Positions 44,538 through 53,435 of a DNA stretch of 62,246 bases are shown here, piece after piece. Each line of letters opens with the position of its first letter. The stretch's first letter is position 1. The position numbers were made by a program, and so were the translations under genes. This stretch comes from Deltaproteobacteria bacterium (GTDB lineage Bacteria > Desulfobacterota > Desulfobacteria > Desulfobacterales > JAABPS01): assembly GCA_019309685.1 (NCBI GenBank), contig JAFDFT010000001.1:1-62246 (forward strand). The letters are read 5' to 3'. A model generated the notes under the pieces. The model ran no database searches. It was not told the origin of the DNA and saw only the letters and a program-made list of their open reading frames with translations.

Positions 44538-45071
44538 TTATATTTGGTTCAAGCTGGCAAACTCTCCATGATACTTTAGGGCTGCTTTATTATAGACAAT
44601 AGCCGCTTCAGTCCTGTCTTTAAAACAACCGAGATAAATGGGTTTTTTGTTTGCAGTTATTCTCACCATCCATTGTTTTATATCCTTAAGCCAAAATACG
44701 CCCTTAAATCCCGATGTGTTATTTTTACTAAGACCGGTATTCCTATTATTTTCCGCCCTTATACAAACCCTGAGGTTAGACTTTCTGTTATTTAAAGGAT
44801 TTCTGTCTTTATGGTCTATCATTCTCTCCTTGCTGGATTTAAACCCCATTATTACGTTTGATATCGTCTCGTGACTCCTGTCCCTTTTTGTTTGTACGCA
44901 ATCGATCTTCCCCTTTCTCGAACAAAGACACCACTTAAAGCCTTTAACTTTCTCAGTGTCTTCGGCATCAATTATCGCTCGGGCTCGTTCTTTGCCTTTA
45001 GTATCATACAGGACGAGTTCAGCTATATTACCCTTGATGATTATTTCGTTTGGATTATATATGGTTCTCAT
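44538..45071 (-). CDS. HNH endonuclease with C-terminal AP2 DNA-binding domain
   Basis: IDHKDRNPLNNRKSNLRV (HNH), then SGFKGVFW...WMVRI...LGCF.....AA..YN.AA..YHGEFA (AP2). Paralog of 59376..59996. Confidence 0.8.
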   Translation of the reverse strand: MRTIYNPNEIIIKGNIAELVLYDTKGKERARAIIDAEDTEKVKGFKWCLCSRKGKIDCVQTKRDRSHETISNVIMGFKSSKERMIDHKDRNPLNNRKSNLRVCIRAENNRNTGLSKNNTSGFKGVFWLKDIKQWMVRITANKKPIYLGCFKDRTEAAIVYNKAALKYHGEFASLNQI

Positions 45072-45263
45072 TTAGTCATTTTTCTTCCGTCTCAACCCAA
45101 AGTCAAAGATCTTCTGCATCCGTTTTCGCCTTGGTTCCGGATCCGAATATCCACCTGCAGGATAACTTGTTTGCGGTTTTACTGGCGGTTTCGGTTTCGG
45201 TTTTCTCTCCCTGATCCCTATTTTCTTTCTCAGCCTTGCGAGTACTCCGCGCTTTTTCTTCAA
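45072..45263 (-). CDS. hypothetical highly basic protein (63 aa)
   Basis: Track ORF, K/R/P-rich. Confidence 0.4.
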   Translation of the reverse strand: MKKKRGVLARLRKKIGIRERKPKPKPPVKPQTSYPAGGYSDPEPRRKRMQKIFDFGLRRKKND

Positions 45264-45285
45264 ATGCCCCTCCCTGACTGTTTGA

Positions 45286-45486
45286 TTACATAAAATTAAT
45301 TTCTCTACAGCTTATATCCAAGGCCCGGTTATAATCTCCGAAACGATGAACCATGAAATGATAAAAATCGGCCTGTGAGATCCTGAGACTTTTTAACCAC
45401 TGCCACCTGGTACAACTGTAAATGATTATTATCATATTTCCGTGAAATTTTGTATCTGTGATTACTTTAGGGACGCCCGCGTCCAC
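45286..45486 (-). CDS. hypothetical protein (66 aa, GTG start)
   Basis: Track ORF. Confidence 0.35.
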   Translation of the reverse strand: MDAGVPKVITDTKFHGNMIIIIYSCTRWQWLKSLRISQADFYHFMVHRFGDYNRALDISCREINFM

Positions 45487-45677
45487 TTCAAAGTCATGGA
45501 TCCGTCAGGCCCGCTTAATGCTTAATCCGCCCCATACTGTGTCAGGGACAATCCAGTCCCCTACTTTTCCAGGACCTCAGCCCCCTGCACAACGATCTAT
45601 TTCCTCTTTAGTTGCTCGCCAAAAAGCTTCAATCGCGTGTAAGGGGACCTCGGGACCTTCGTACTTGATACCTAACA

Positions 45678-45863
45678 TTATTTCTTAGCGGCCTTTTCGA
45701 CCTTGTGACCGATTCCAAGAGCTGTAAGAGCGCTAAAACAAACCATAGCGCCCTGATACATCTTGTCTGGATTAACGGGCTCACCGACAAATCCTGCAAT
45801 TATCATTGCAACGCCGGTACAAAGAACACCTCCTGAACCAAGTTTTGTTTTCCATCCTGTCAT
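45678..45863 (-). CDS. holin-like two-TM protein (61 aa)
   Basis: Two hydrophobic segments (GGVLCTGVAMIIAGFVG and GAMVCFSALTALGIG) with a basic C-terminus KVEKAAKK, near the lysis genes. Confidence 0.45.
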   Translation of the reverse strand: MTGWKTKLGSGGVLCTGVAMIIAGFVGEPVNPDKMYQGAMVCFSALTALGIGHKVEKAAKK

Positions 45864-46030
45864 TTTATTTTTCTCCTGTTTTATTGGTTAACGTAAACCC
45901 TTCGGTTAAAATGATATGTGATGGATTAAAACGGCTGCGCTACCGTCAAGGTAAGTGGCGCTTTGCCTCTTAGCCCCGTCCACCACATATAGCCCATGAA
46001 ACGAAACCTAAGTAACATGGGGATGATAGC

Positions 46031-46480
46031 CTATCTCCGAATAAATTTAGTCTGTCTCGGTGTTGCCATAGCTATACCGTTACGGAAAGAAAAGACGAAC
46101 TTACCCAATAATACCGAATTATAATTGTCAAGAAAGCCAAGCGTTCCGTCAGTTTTGAGAAAGACACCTACCAGCTTTTGAACTTCTGCCATGAGTACCA
46201 TGTTTTGCGTAGTCTGCCCGTAATTTTTAAAGATATACGTTGCAGCGTACTCTAATGCAGCTTGACTTACGGTTTCATTGTCTGCTTTCAGATAAGCATC
46301 GCAAATCTCAACCACTTCGTCGATCTTATCCAGGTTGTTGGAGCCCACCATCACCCCGGCAATGATTCCACCATGGTCTATGACGGCTTGCCCTGATTCT
46401 GATTCCAGAAATGCGTTCATGCCCGTACAGCCTGTAAATAAAAAAACTATTGCAATTATTATAAATAGAGATTTTCTCAT
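46031..46480 (-). CDS. lipoprotein (149 aa)
   Basis: MRKSLFIIIAIVFLFTGC lipobox. Confidence 0.6.
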   Translation of the reverse strand: MRKSLFIIIAIVFLFTGCTGMNAFLESESGQAVIDHGGIIAGVMVGSNNLDKIDEVVEICDAYLKADNETVSQAALEYAATYIFKNYGQTTQNMVLMAEVQKLVGVFLKTDGTLGFLDNYNSVLLGKFVFSFRNGIAMATPRQTKFIRR

Positions 46481-46584
46481 TTTCTGCCTTTGCCTCCTTT
46501 TTGTGGGGTTTTACAGCCGCCCCTGCCTTTATTGGCCCTCTTGCCCTTACCCGATCCGTCTCTCTTGGGTACTCCTTTTGCCAT
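46477..46584 (-). CDS. 35-aa Gly/Lys/Arg-rich peptide
   Basis: Hand translation MAKGVPKRDGSGKGKRANKGRGGCKTPQKGGKGRK. AAAGGAGG SD, and its TGA overlaps the lipoprotein ATG. Confidence 0.4.
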   Translation of the reverse strand: MAKGVPKRDGSGKGKRANKGRGGCKTPQKGGKGRK

Positions 46585-46601
46585 CACAACCTCCTTTAAT
46601 G

Positions 46602-47459
46602 TTATATGCCTCCAAAGATCAGCCTTTCATTAATAGCTTTTCCGTTGAATTGAGGAATTTGCGTAAATCCACCCGCTTCAACATCGAGTAAAACATCTGA
46701 ATAAATATCGTTCCATGATTTTGCCGGGTGAATATGTTTAATGAGGTTGTGTGTAAATGCGCCCTGCCAGGTGTCGTTTATATAAGCGTCTGCTGATGTT
46801 TGATTATCCCTACAGCCGGATAGCAAAACATGGTTTAGTTCTATCGCTCTGGTTCCTATTTTCCTGTTTTGTAGTTCTCTCCCGGCGCTCCGCATCTGTA
46901 TGTCCCTGGGGGGTGCTAAAAATCTTGGCTGTTGCTTTGTTGGATTGTTGATGTCCCGGGTCATGCTTCCGGAATGGCAAGCATCAATTATGCAAGTAAG
47001 GGATGAATTTTGAGGAATTTCCTTGAATATTTCGGATAAATAATCATCGGTAAGTGGTAAATCCCAATTTATATCGTGGGGACATAAGATTTCGTCTAAA
47101 CCGTCGTTTAGCTCGTCTCCGTCTCTATCCCTTACCTGTGAGCCGTGTCCCGAGTATTGAAACACAAGCTCACTGTTCTCATGGTCCACCAACCATATCA
47201 GCCGGTCTATAATATTATTATGCGTTGCTCTTTCGTCTGTAACTACTCGAATATTATCCGCATCGAAATTGAACTGCTCAATTAAGACGGTTCTTAGGTG
47301 TTCCACATCGTTACAGCACCCGCGTAAATCACAATTAAGATCAGGTCTGTACTTATTAATCCCAACAAGCAGGGCGTATTTATATCTGTCGCCCACCTCT
47401 ACGTTTGGTTGACTCACGCTGGGCGGTTTATTAAATAAATTGCTTAAAAATTTACACAT
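46602..47459 (-). CDS. caspase/metacaspase-like cysteine protease (peptidase C14 fold)
   Basis: YALLVGINKY. Catalytic His in YSGHGS (47145..47147) and catalytic Cys in IIDACHSGS (46977..46979). TAATG coupling to the amidase gene. Confidence 0.85.
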   Translation of the reverse strand: MCKFLSNLFNKPPSVSQPNVEVGDRYKYALLVGINKYRPDLNCDLRGCCNDVEHLRTVLIEQFNFDADNIRVVTDERATHNNIIDRLIWLVDHENSELVFQYSGHGSQVRDRDGDELNDGLDEILCPHDINWDLPLTDDYLSEIFKEIPQNSSLTCIIDACHSGSMTRDINNPTKQQPRFLAPPRDIQMRSAGRELQNRKIGTRAIELNHVLLSGCRDNQTSADAYINDTWQGAFTHNLIKHIHPAKSWNDIYSDVLLDVEAGGFTQIPQFNGKAINERLIFGGI

Positions 47460-47902
47460 TATTTTCCCCTAAAGGCTTCAATGTTAAATCGTTTACCAGG
47501 GCAGGTCTTCCAGGGTGCCAGCTCTGTGTGTCCAAATACCTTTGCCGCTGGTATTTCGAATGTCTGCCTTAACGCCATAACCAGCTTTAAACCGCAGGCA
47601 AGCATTGCAACTGGCAGTGGATCATTGTCATAATTACCAATAAAACAAATACCCAGGCTGCGGCTATTCATATTATTCTGTTTACAGTGGGCTCCGTTTT
47701 CGTTCCACAATCTGCCGATAATGATCTCGTAACGGTCCCTAACCAATTCAATCATAAAGTGGTATCCGATATCTCGCATGGGTTTGTTACGATATGGACT
47801 ATCTGGATGAAGGCCGGTGTGCCATTTTCTGATGGCAGAGGTATTGTAGGATTTTCCGTCGGTGCTTAGGCTATGATGAAGGGTTATAAATTCTGGTGTC
47901 AT
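47459..47902 (-). CDS. N-acetylmuramoyl-L-alanine amidase (PGRP / T7-lysozyme type) endolysin
   Basis: ITLHHS, GYHFMI, GAHC, SLGICFIGNYD, GHTEL...CPGKRF. Confidence 0.85.
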   Translation of the reverse strand: MTPEFITLHHSLSTDGKSYNTSAIRKWHTGLHPDSPYRNKPMRDIGYHFMIELVRDRYEIIIGRLWNENGAHCKQNNMNSRSLGICFIGNYDNDPLPVAMLACGLKLVMALRQTFEIPAAKVFGHTELAPWKTCPGKRFNIEAFRGK

Positions 47903-48009
47903 ATAGCCCCTTATTGAAGTTTAGGCGCGAGGTGGACGGCCCCGCGCCCAATGGAGGGTAATTATGAAAAGAAACGTAAAGGGAAATTTAAAATAGCAAA
48001 AACCTAATG

Positions 48010-48378
48010 TCAACTCTTTTTTCTGTTTTTTATTATTTCGGGGAAATTTAAGCATAAGATCTTATCTTCAACAAGTCTGTGGCACGCAGGGCATAAAGTT
48101 ACACCATTTTCTGATATATCCAGCCTGAGCCTTCCCCTGGGAACGATGTGATGGAAGTGTAGCTCCGATCTGCGATAGATCTCTGAGCAATTAGGATTAA
48201 CACAGTGCCAGCCGTCCAGGGCGTGAACCCTTTGTTTAAGTTTAGAGTATTCGTAAGGAGAAAGTTTAACGGCCAGCTTTGGATAAGCAAAACCCGTCCA
48301 ATCAACCGGCTTTTTCTTTTTATGTTTATTTTTCGGATCTGGTTTCATGGATAAGTTTATCCAATATCGGTGTTTCAA
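48010..48378 (-). CDS. small HNH (His-Me finger) nuclease
   Basis: GWHCVNPNC...LHFHHIVPRG...ENGVTLCPACH. Confidence 0.65.
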   Translation of the reverse strand: MKHRYWINLSMKPDPKNKHKKKKPVDWTGFAYPKLAVKLSPYEYSKLKQRVHALDGWHCVNPNCSEIYRRSELHFHHIVPRGRLRLDISENGVTLCPACHRLVEDKILCLNFPEIIKNRKKS

Positions 48379-48835
48379 CCACAGGTAGTAGCCGGCCCAG
48401 GCTTTTTAAAAACATGCGGTACCTGTATTTGTCCATGCTTTTTTCTTTTTTTAAGGCGAGGAGTCTTTGAGCTATCGGCACGAGGACCTTTTTGTTTTTC
48501 TTGCCGTGTTTTTCCTGCCACATCTTTTGGTTGTATTGCTTTAAATAGTCCTTTGCGCAGGCAACGCACCATTTTTGACGATATCCAGCTCGCGGAATTA
48601 CCCTTAAAGCAACGCCACAGGCATCACACCACAACAACATATATTTTTTCCCTACTTCATGATCCGGGCAGAAAGAGTGATTCTCTAATATCCGATTTTC
48701 TTTATCTGTAATGTAAATATATTTGCATCCACATAGATACACCACGACTTTATATGGAATATGGCACTTCCTGTACTCTTGTATTAACAATTCAACGTCA
48801 GTCATTAAATTATCCCTATTTTTTTGGCCAGCCAT
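48326..48835 (-). CDS. hypothetical Cys-rich protein (169 aa)
   Basis: Several C-x-C / CxxC pairs (YLCGCKY, FCPDH, WCDACG, WCVAC). Confidence 0.45.
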   Translation of the reverse strand: MAGQKNRDNLMTDVELLIQEYRKCHIPYKVVVYLCGCKYIYITDKENRILENHSFCPDHEVGKKYMLLWCDACGVALRVIPRAGYRQKWCVACAKDYLKQYNQKMWQEKHGKKNKKVLVPIAQRLLALKKEKSMDKYRYRMFLKSLGRLLPVVETPILDKLIHETRSEK

Positions 48836-49008
48836 GGTTTAATAAACACCGAGTAGTCATTGTCTCTTAAGTGTTCGCGGGTGTGATATCTTCTTGATAC
48901 CCAAAAATCGTTTTCCCCATCCGTATAGAGAATTGATTTATATTTTTCGTCGTCAATTTTCTCTGTAAGGCCGACTACAATATCTTTTTCGTTTCCGTAA
49001 ATTGACAT
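48805..49008 (-). CDS. hypothetical protein (67 aa)
   Basis: Track ORF. Confidence 0.35.
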   Translation of the reverse strand: MSIYGNEKDIVVGLTEKIDDEKYKSILYTDGENDFWVSRRYHTREHLRDNDYSVFIKPWLAKKIGII

Positions 49009-49034
49009 ACCCCACCTTTACGTTTCTATTGTTA

Positions 49035-49886
49035 TTACTGTAATCTCCGGCTTTCCAGAGGCGATTTTTGTCTGTTTTTCCCTGATTTCTTCGACTTTTT
49101 TCCGTGTTCCCAAAACGGGATAATGTATTTAAAATCCTTGTTTATTTTTTTATAGCGGTTTTCATCTAATATTTCTATTTTAATGTTTGGGTAATACTTA
49201 GCCATTCTTTTTAATTTTGTTTTGCTTTTGTCGTCCATATACCCCTTAACCTCTATATAATACTCATTATTTATTTTAAAATCAGGGGTGTATGACCTTA
49301 CTCCTCTTTTTATTTTCTCAAACCAGAAGGTGTCCGGCTCATATTCCCAGGATTTAATTTCGTCTATTGTTAATAGAAAGTTCAAATATCTTGCAATATT
49401 GGCTTCCCATGCAGAACGAAAATATTGACTGTTTAAGTCTTTTCTTTTCCCGCCCCTTGCATTACTATATGGATTTTGTTTATGGTTTTTAGGTCCACTG
49501 AAACGATCACTTAGTTGTTGCCTATATTTGTCTTGATTATATAGAGATTTTGGGTTTCTCCAATTTTGTTTCTTTTTTAAGCTGATGTTTTTTTTTGCTT
49601 CCGGTGTGTGTTGTTTGCCGGTAAACCTCTTTATTTGTTCACCATTGGCAATCCTCTTTTTCATTGATTTTGCTGCGCGCCCCTTCTCTTTTATATTATC
49701 CTTTCTTTTCGGATTTGTTATATTTAGGCGCGTCGCCTTGTGTGATGTGGCACCCTTTGATCTACCTAAAAGAAGAGATAGCTCTTTTAGATTAAAAAAA
49801 TCGCTGTGGGTGTTTAAATAATAGTTTTTTAATTTTATTAATTCTTGTTCGGTCCACTTCATTTGATCAACCTCTTTCTCTCCCAC
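49035..49886 (-). CDS. PD-(D/E)xK-type nuclease with N-terminal Myb/SANT-like module
   Basis: WTEQELIKLKNYY at the N-terminus. C-terminus RSAWEANIARYL...WEYEP...YTPDF...YIEVKG (D...E-K core). Confidence 0.55.
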   Translation of the reverse strand: MGEKEVDQMKWTEQELIKLKNYYLNTHSDFFNLKELSLLLGRSKGATSHKATRLNITNPKRKDNIKEKGRAAKSMKKRIANGEQIKRFTGKQHTPEAKKNISLKKKQNWRNPKSLYNQDKYRQQLSDRFSGPKNHKQNPYSNARGGKRKDLNSQYFRSAWEANIARYLNFLLTIDEIKSWEYEPDTFWFEKIKRGVRSYTPDFKINNEYYIEVKGYMDDKSKTKLKRMAKYYPNIKIEILDENRYKKINKDFKYIIPFWEHGKKSKKSGKNRQKSPLESRRLQ

Positions 49887-49950
49887 CTGGTCATGGTTAA
49901 TATTCGGTTCCAGGTTGGGAGAGGATAGGGTAAAATTATTTTATATTTCA

Positions 49951-50691
49951 TTAGGCAATTACCGGAACGCCCGCTGTATTTCTTTCCAGCCATTCTTTAA
50001 TGTTTTGAATTGCTGCCAGCGTCCAGGCTTCGCCGTCGGCTTCATAAAGCACCGCTGTGGGCTTTCCGTCGTTTCCTTTGTGCATCCTGAATATAAAGTT
50101 TGATTCCGGCTGATCGACTTCTCTGAAAGTTCGGTATGGTTTTAATAAAAGCGGTCCCGCGGGAACAGATACCGGCGCCGTTTCGTCTGATCCAGAGGTA
50201 AGTCCGGCTTTAATATGAAGCGTTTTGCTTACTCCATCATCAACGTATTTTTTAATTTCTGAAGAATTGATGGTTGTTAAAAAGTCTAAAATCCTTTCTT
50301 TTGCGTCCAGAGGTTGAATATCTTTAAACTGAGATTGTAAATTTATAATAAAAGTTTCGGGGTCAAATTGAACTCCAAACTTAAACGCGGCTAAATCCAT
50401 CCTTGCCTCTATATAAATTTCCCGCCGCTTGTCGTTGTCCAGGTGGCTTATAAGCTGAACCACTGTGTGATTGAGAATACAAAAAACCGGGTCCTTGGTT
50501 TTGTCTATTTTTTCCTCAACATAATCGGCAAGGCCGGTCAGCGTATTAATATAAAGCGTTTCCGGTTGATATGGAAGTGGTAGTAAAATTGGAAACAGCT
50601 TTTTTGTTGAATATTCTTGTTCTCCGAGTGAAAACCTTTCAGCCTTGTTGATATCTAAAATTTTATCAATAGTTTCTGGTGTTAATGCCAT
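49951..50691 (-). CDS. hypothetical protein (246 aa)
   Basis: Track ORF. Confidence 0.55.
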   Translation of the reverse strand: MALTPETIDKILDINKAERFSLGEQEYSTKKLFPILLPLPYQPETLYINTLTGLADYVEEKIDKTKDPVFCILNHTVVQLISHLDNDKRREIYIEARMDLAAFKFGVQFDPETFIINLQSQFKDIQPLDAKERILDFLTTINSSEIKKYVDDGVSKTLHIKAGLTSGSDETAPVSVPAGPLLLKPYRTFREVDQPESNFIFRMHKGNDGKPTAVLYEADGEAWTLAAIQNIKEWLERNTAGVPVIA

Positions 50692-50715
50692 TGCCTTTTC
50701 CTCCTGTTTTAGTTG

Positions 50716-51063
50716 TTATTGTTTGTCGAAATCGATAACCTTTGGTTTAAGTGGAAGCGGGGTTTGCTGTGGTTGCAGCTCCCTGGCAACAACCTTCCCT
50801 TTTTCATCCGTTTCAAGCATTGCCGCTGTGACAAAAGGCTTGCTTTTCGGGTTCTTAATGTCGGTTCCCACTTCAATCCCGACGATGTTCCTCGAATCGT
50901 TTGTTGGGGCGATTTTCATCTGGACCGTAATTGTCCTGACTTTATCAGACGAATTGTGGTCGTAAATGTCAGTTATAACTTCGCTAACTGCATCGTCAAA
51001 CTTTTGAACAACCATACCCCTGCCAATATTCAATAAACTCATTATCTCGCTTTCAGTAATCAT
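50716..51063 (-). CDS. hypothetical protein (115 aa)
   Basis: Track ORF. Confidence 0.5.
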   Translation of the reverse strand: MITESEIMSLLNIGRGMVVQKFDDAVSEVITDIYDHNSSDKVRTITVQMKIAPTNDSRNIVGIEVGTDIKNPKSKPFVTAAMLETDEKGKVVARELQPQQTPLPLKPKVIDFDKQ

Positions 51064-51365
51064 TCTACCCCCTTTAAGTTATATTTAATGCTTTCCCCTG
51101 TATTTAGGTCTGTCTTGTGAAAGTTATATTTAATTCTTTTGCCTGTTTTTAGGTGTATCCTGTCAAAACTTATTCCAAGCAACCTACAAGCCTCTATCCC
51201 GATTGGACCGCCGAACACCCCAGGGTTGCCCCTGGTGTCTTTTAAGCAGCGCCAACACCATACAAGGCCCTGGAATTCAGACCACTCGACCTCGCCATTG
51301 CATAAGTCGCAGGACATTTCGTAAGCCGATGGTGACATAACATATACCCATTCACGCCTTTTCAT
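51060..51365 (-). CDS. zinc-ribbon protein (101 aa)
   Basis: CDLCNG...WCWRC. Confidence 0.5.
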   Translation of the reverse strand: MKRREWVYVMSPSAYEMSCDLCNGEVEWSEFQGLVWCWRCLKDTRGNPGVFGGPIGIEACRLLGISFDRIHLKTGKRIKYNFHKTDLNTGESIKYNLKGVE

Positions 51366-51658
51366 TGTTTTGTTATCCCTTTCGGTGGAACGGTTAAAAT
51401 TTTCTTAGCCATTTTTTCAATATTTGCGGCCATCTGGATAGCTGCGTGCGGTGAAATGGTAAAAGAATCAATTTTCGTTGAAAATGCAATATTAACCTGA
51501 TTTAAAAATTCTGATATTTTAACCTGGATCTGTTTGGTTCCCGAGGGCATACCTGTGGGATTTACGGGCAGAGGATGTTTGAGCATTTCCTCTTTTTTTA
51601 ACGCTGCACCTTCCCTCATTGTAAAATCATTAATTATATCTTCAGAGCTCCTATCCAT
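51362..51658 (-). CDS. hypothetical protein (98 aa)
   Basis: Track ORF. Confidence 0.45.
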   Translation of the reverse strand: MDRSSEDIINDFTMREGAALKKEEMLKHPLPVNPTGMPSGTKQIQVKISEFLNQVNIAFSTKIDSFTISPHAAIQMAANIEKMAKKILTVPPKGITKQ

Positions 51659-51881
51659 TATTCATCCCCTTTTCTTTTTTATAGTTTTCAATAGCTTCCA
51701 TATGAGCCTCGTTTATTTTTTTCAGCCTGTTCCTTTCAATATCCTGGGCCTCCATTAAAGCCTCAATTATATGTTTTCGCTCTCTAATCATGCGCTTTTC
51801 AGTTACTTCAACTCCAACAAAAGGCCCAAATATAGCGAGCGTAACAAAAGAAATAACAATCAGCATGTAGTTTATATTCAT
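51651..51881 (-). CDS. single-TM protein (76 aa)
   Basis: MLIVISFVTLAIFGPFVGV. Confidence 0.45.
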   Translation of the reverse strand: MNINYMLIVISFVTLAIFGPFVGVEVTEKRMIRERKHIIEALMEAQDIERNRLKKINEAHMEAIENYKKEKGMNNG

Positions 51882-52087
51882 TACCCCTCCTTTTCTTCCA
51901 GCGGATATTCACACATTCCCTCTTTAAAATATCTGCAATAAAATATATTATAATGATCTTGCGGACATAAACATTCTTGTTTAGCCTTCTGATCTCTTTT
52001 GAAAATTATGTAATATCCGTAAGTAACCAGGATAATTAACAGACAGAGGAAAATTCCTACAACTATGCCTTTTTGGTATGGGTCCAT
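51881..52087 (-). CDS. single-TM protein (68 aa)
   Basis: IVVGIFLCLLIILVTYGYYII. Confidence 0.45.
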   Translation of the reverse strand: MDPYQKGIVVGIFLCLLIILVTYGYYIIFKRDQKAKQECLCPQDHYNIFYCRYFKEGMCEYPLEEKEG

Positions 52088-52638
52088 CCTATTTCCTTTT
52101 CGGTGTCTTTAAAGAGATTGTTGGTTATTTGCGTTAATTTTTCTGGTGAGTCTGTAATTAATAAATCTGTTTTATTATTACTAACAACCCGATAAGCTTC
52201 TATAAAATCCTTAACAAACCACTTTTCCTCAGATTCCTTCATATTACTACATAGAGCTGACCATGGGAATCTTTTTTCCATTAGCCATGTTGTTATTTTA
52301 TCGTCAAAATTTGGTTGCCAGGAAGCTCCCCGCTGCCGGATCTGACATAAAACCTCTGTTGCTTGTATTGCTGCCAAGGCTTCTATTGCTGGTTGTTGCG
52401 ACTCAATTGCTTTAACAAAGACGCCTACCGCTGGCATCCTGTTATAAATCCAATCATACATAACTTTTGTAAAAGCTTTCGCAACTTCTTCCATTGGAAA
52501 TTGTTTTAAAACTGTAAAATAAAGATTAAGTTGATCTTTTGTTATTTCTGGAACACTACAATTAATCTCAAAAGCTTTCATAAAAGTTGCGAACTTAGCT
52601 ACATCATTCTTTGATTGTCTCATTAATAAAATCCTCAT
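52063..52638 (-). CDS. hypothetical replication-associated protein (191 aa), possibly a helicase-loader type
   Basis: Based on position after the replisome-organizer gene only. No firm motif. Confidence 0.45.
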   Translation of the reverse strand: MRILLMRQSKNDVAKFATFMKAFEINCSVPEITKDQLNLYFTVLKQFPMEEVAKAFTKVMYDWIYNRMPAVGVFVKAIESQQPAIEALAAIQATEVLCQIRQRGASWQPNFDDKITTWLMEKRFPWSALCSNMKESEEKWFVKDFIEAYRVVSNNKTDLLITDSPEKLTQITNNLFKDTEKEIGWTHTKKA

Positions 52639-52794
52639 ATGGGTTTCTAATATTACCTTTTTTGTCGTTATATTTACCGCTTAATACTTTTGCAAAATTA
52701 GTCGGGCGCACCAACCAGAATAGATCAGCCGTCCAGCCGGTGTCGTTGTCACCCATTAAAAATTTACTCTTACCAACATATATAAAAAACTTTT

Positions 52795-52880
52795 CCCAAT
52801 TTTCTATAATCTGCCTTTTAGGATCTTCTCGCCAGCGCCCAATTTTCTATAATCTGCCTTTTAGGATCTTCTCGCCAGCG
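52795..52880. repeat. perfect 43-bp tandem duplication (2 copies: 52795..52837 and 52838..52880)
   Basis: cccaattttctataatctgccttttaggatcttctcgccagcg read twice in direct succession. Confidence 0.95.
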
Positions 52881-53435
52881 TGTCCTTAAGTGATTTTCAG
52901 AAGCGTCCGGCCATGATTCAATATGCGGAAGACTCGGTAATATTTTATGATAAAGTCCAATTATTTTTTTTTGTGGACAGGGAGGGGGCTTATACCCCTT
53001 TCCCTTAAGGGGTATATCTTCTTCTGCTTCTTCTTCTGCTTCTTCTTCTGTCTTGAGGATTTTCGGAGCGTCTGCGGAGGGACTACGGAGTTTACGCCTC
53101 GTCCACTCCCCTATTATTTCCGTGAATTTAGGAATAAAAACAATAACTTGTTCGTCATTAAAGGTTATTTCCCACTTGCCCGACTTTTGAATGTGTTTCA
53201 AACACTTCATAACGAGTGTGGATTGTCTTTTGTTTAACTTTCGACTGAGATATGATCGTGTTACGTTTAACTTCCAATCGTGTTTTGTTTTAAACTCCCG
53301 ACTGTAGATTTCTAAAACCCCAAAAAACACTAAATATCCATCAGCTCCAAACCTATCCATCAGGTCAAATATAAAAGGATCATCAAGGCTATCTGAGATA
53401 TGTTTAAACCACTTGATTTGACACCTCCAAAAAAC

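Noticed and set aside
45458-45688. 76-aa plus-strand Pro-rich ORF in the gap before the holin-like gene.
   Set aside because: It is on the opposite strand to the whole arm, has no SD and is low-complexity. A short minus-strand micro-ORF (MLGIKYEGPEVPLHAIEAFWRATKEEIDRCAGG, TAATG-coupled to the holin-like stop) is at least as plausible, but it is too weak to call.
47926-47950. GC inverted repeat ggcgcg...cgcgcc upstream of the amidase gene, considered as a terminator.
   Set aside because: It has only a 6-bp stem with a 13-nt loop, and no U-tract on either strand.
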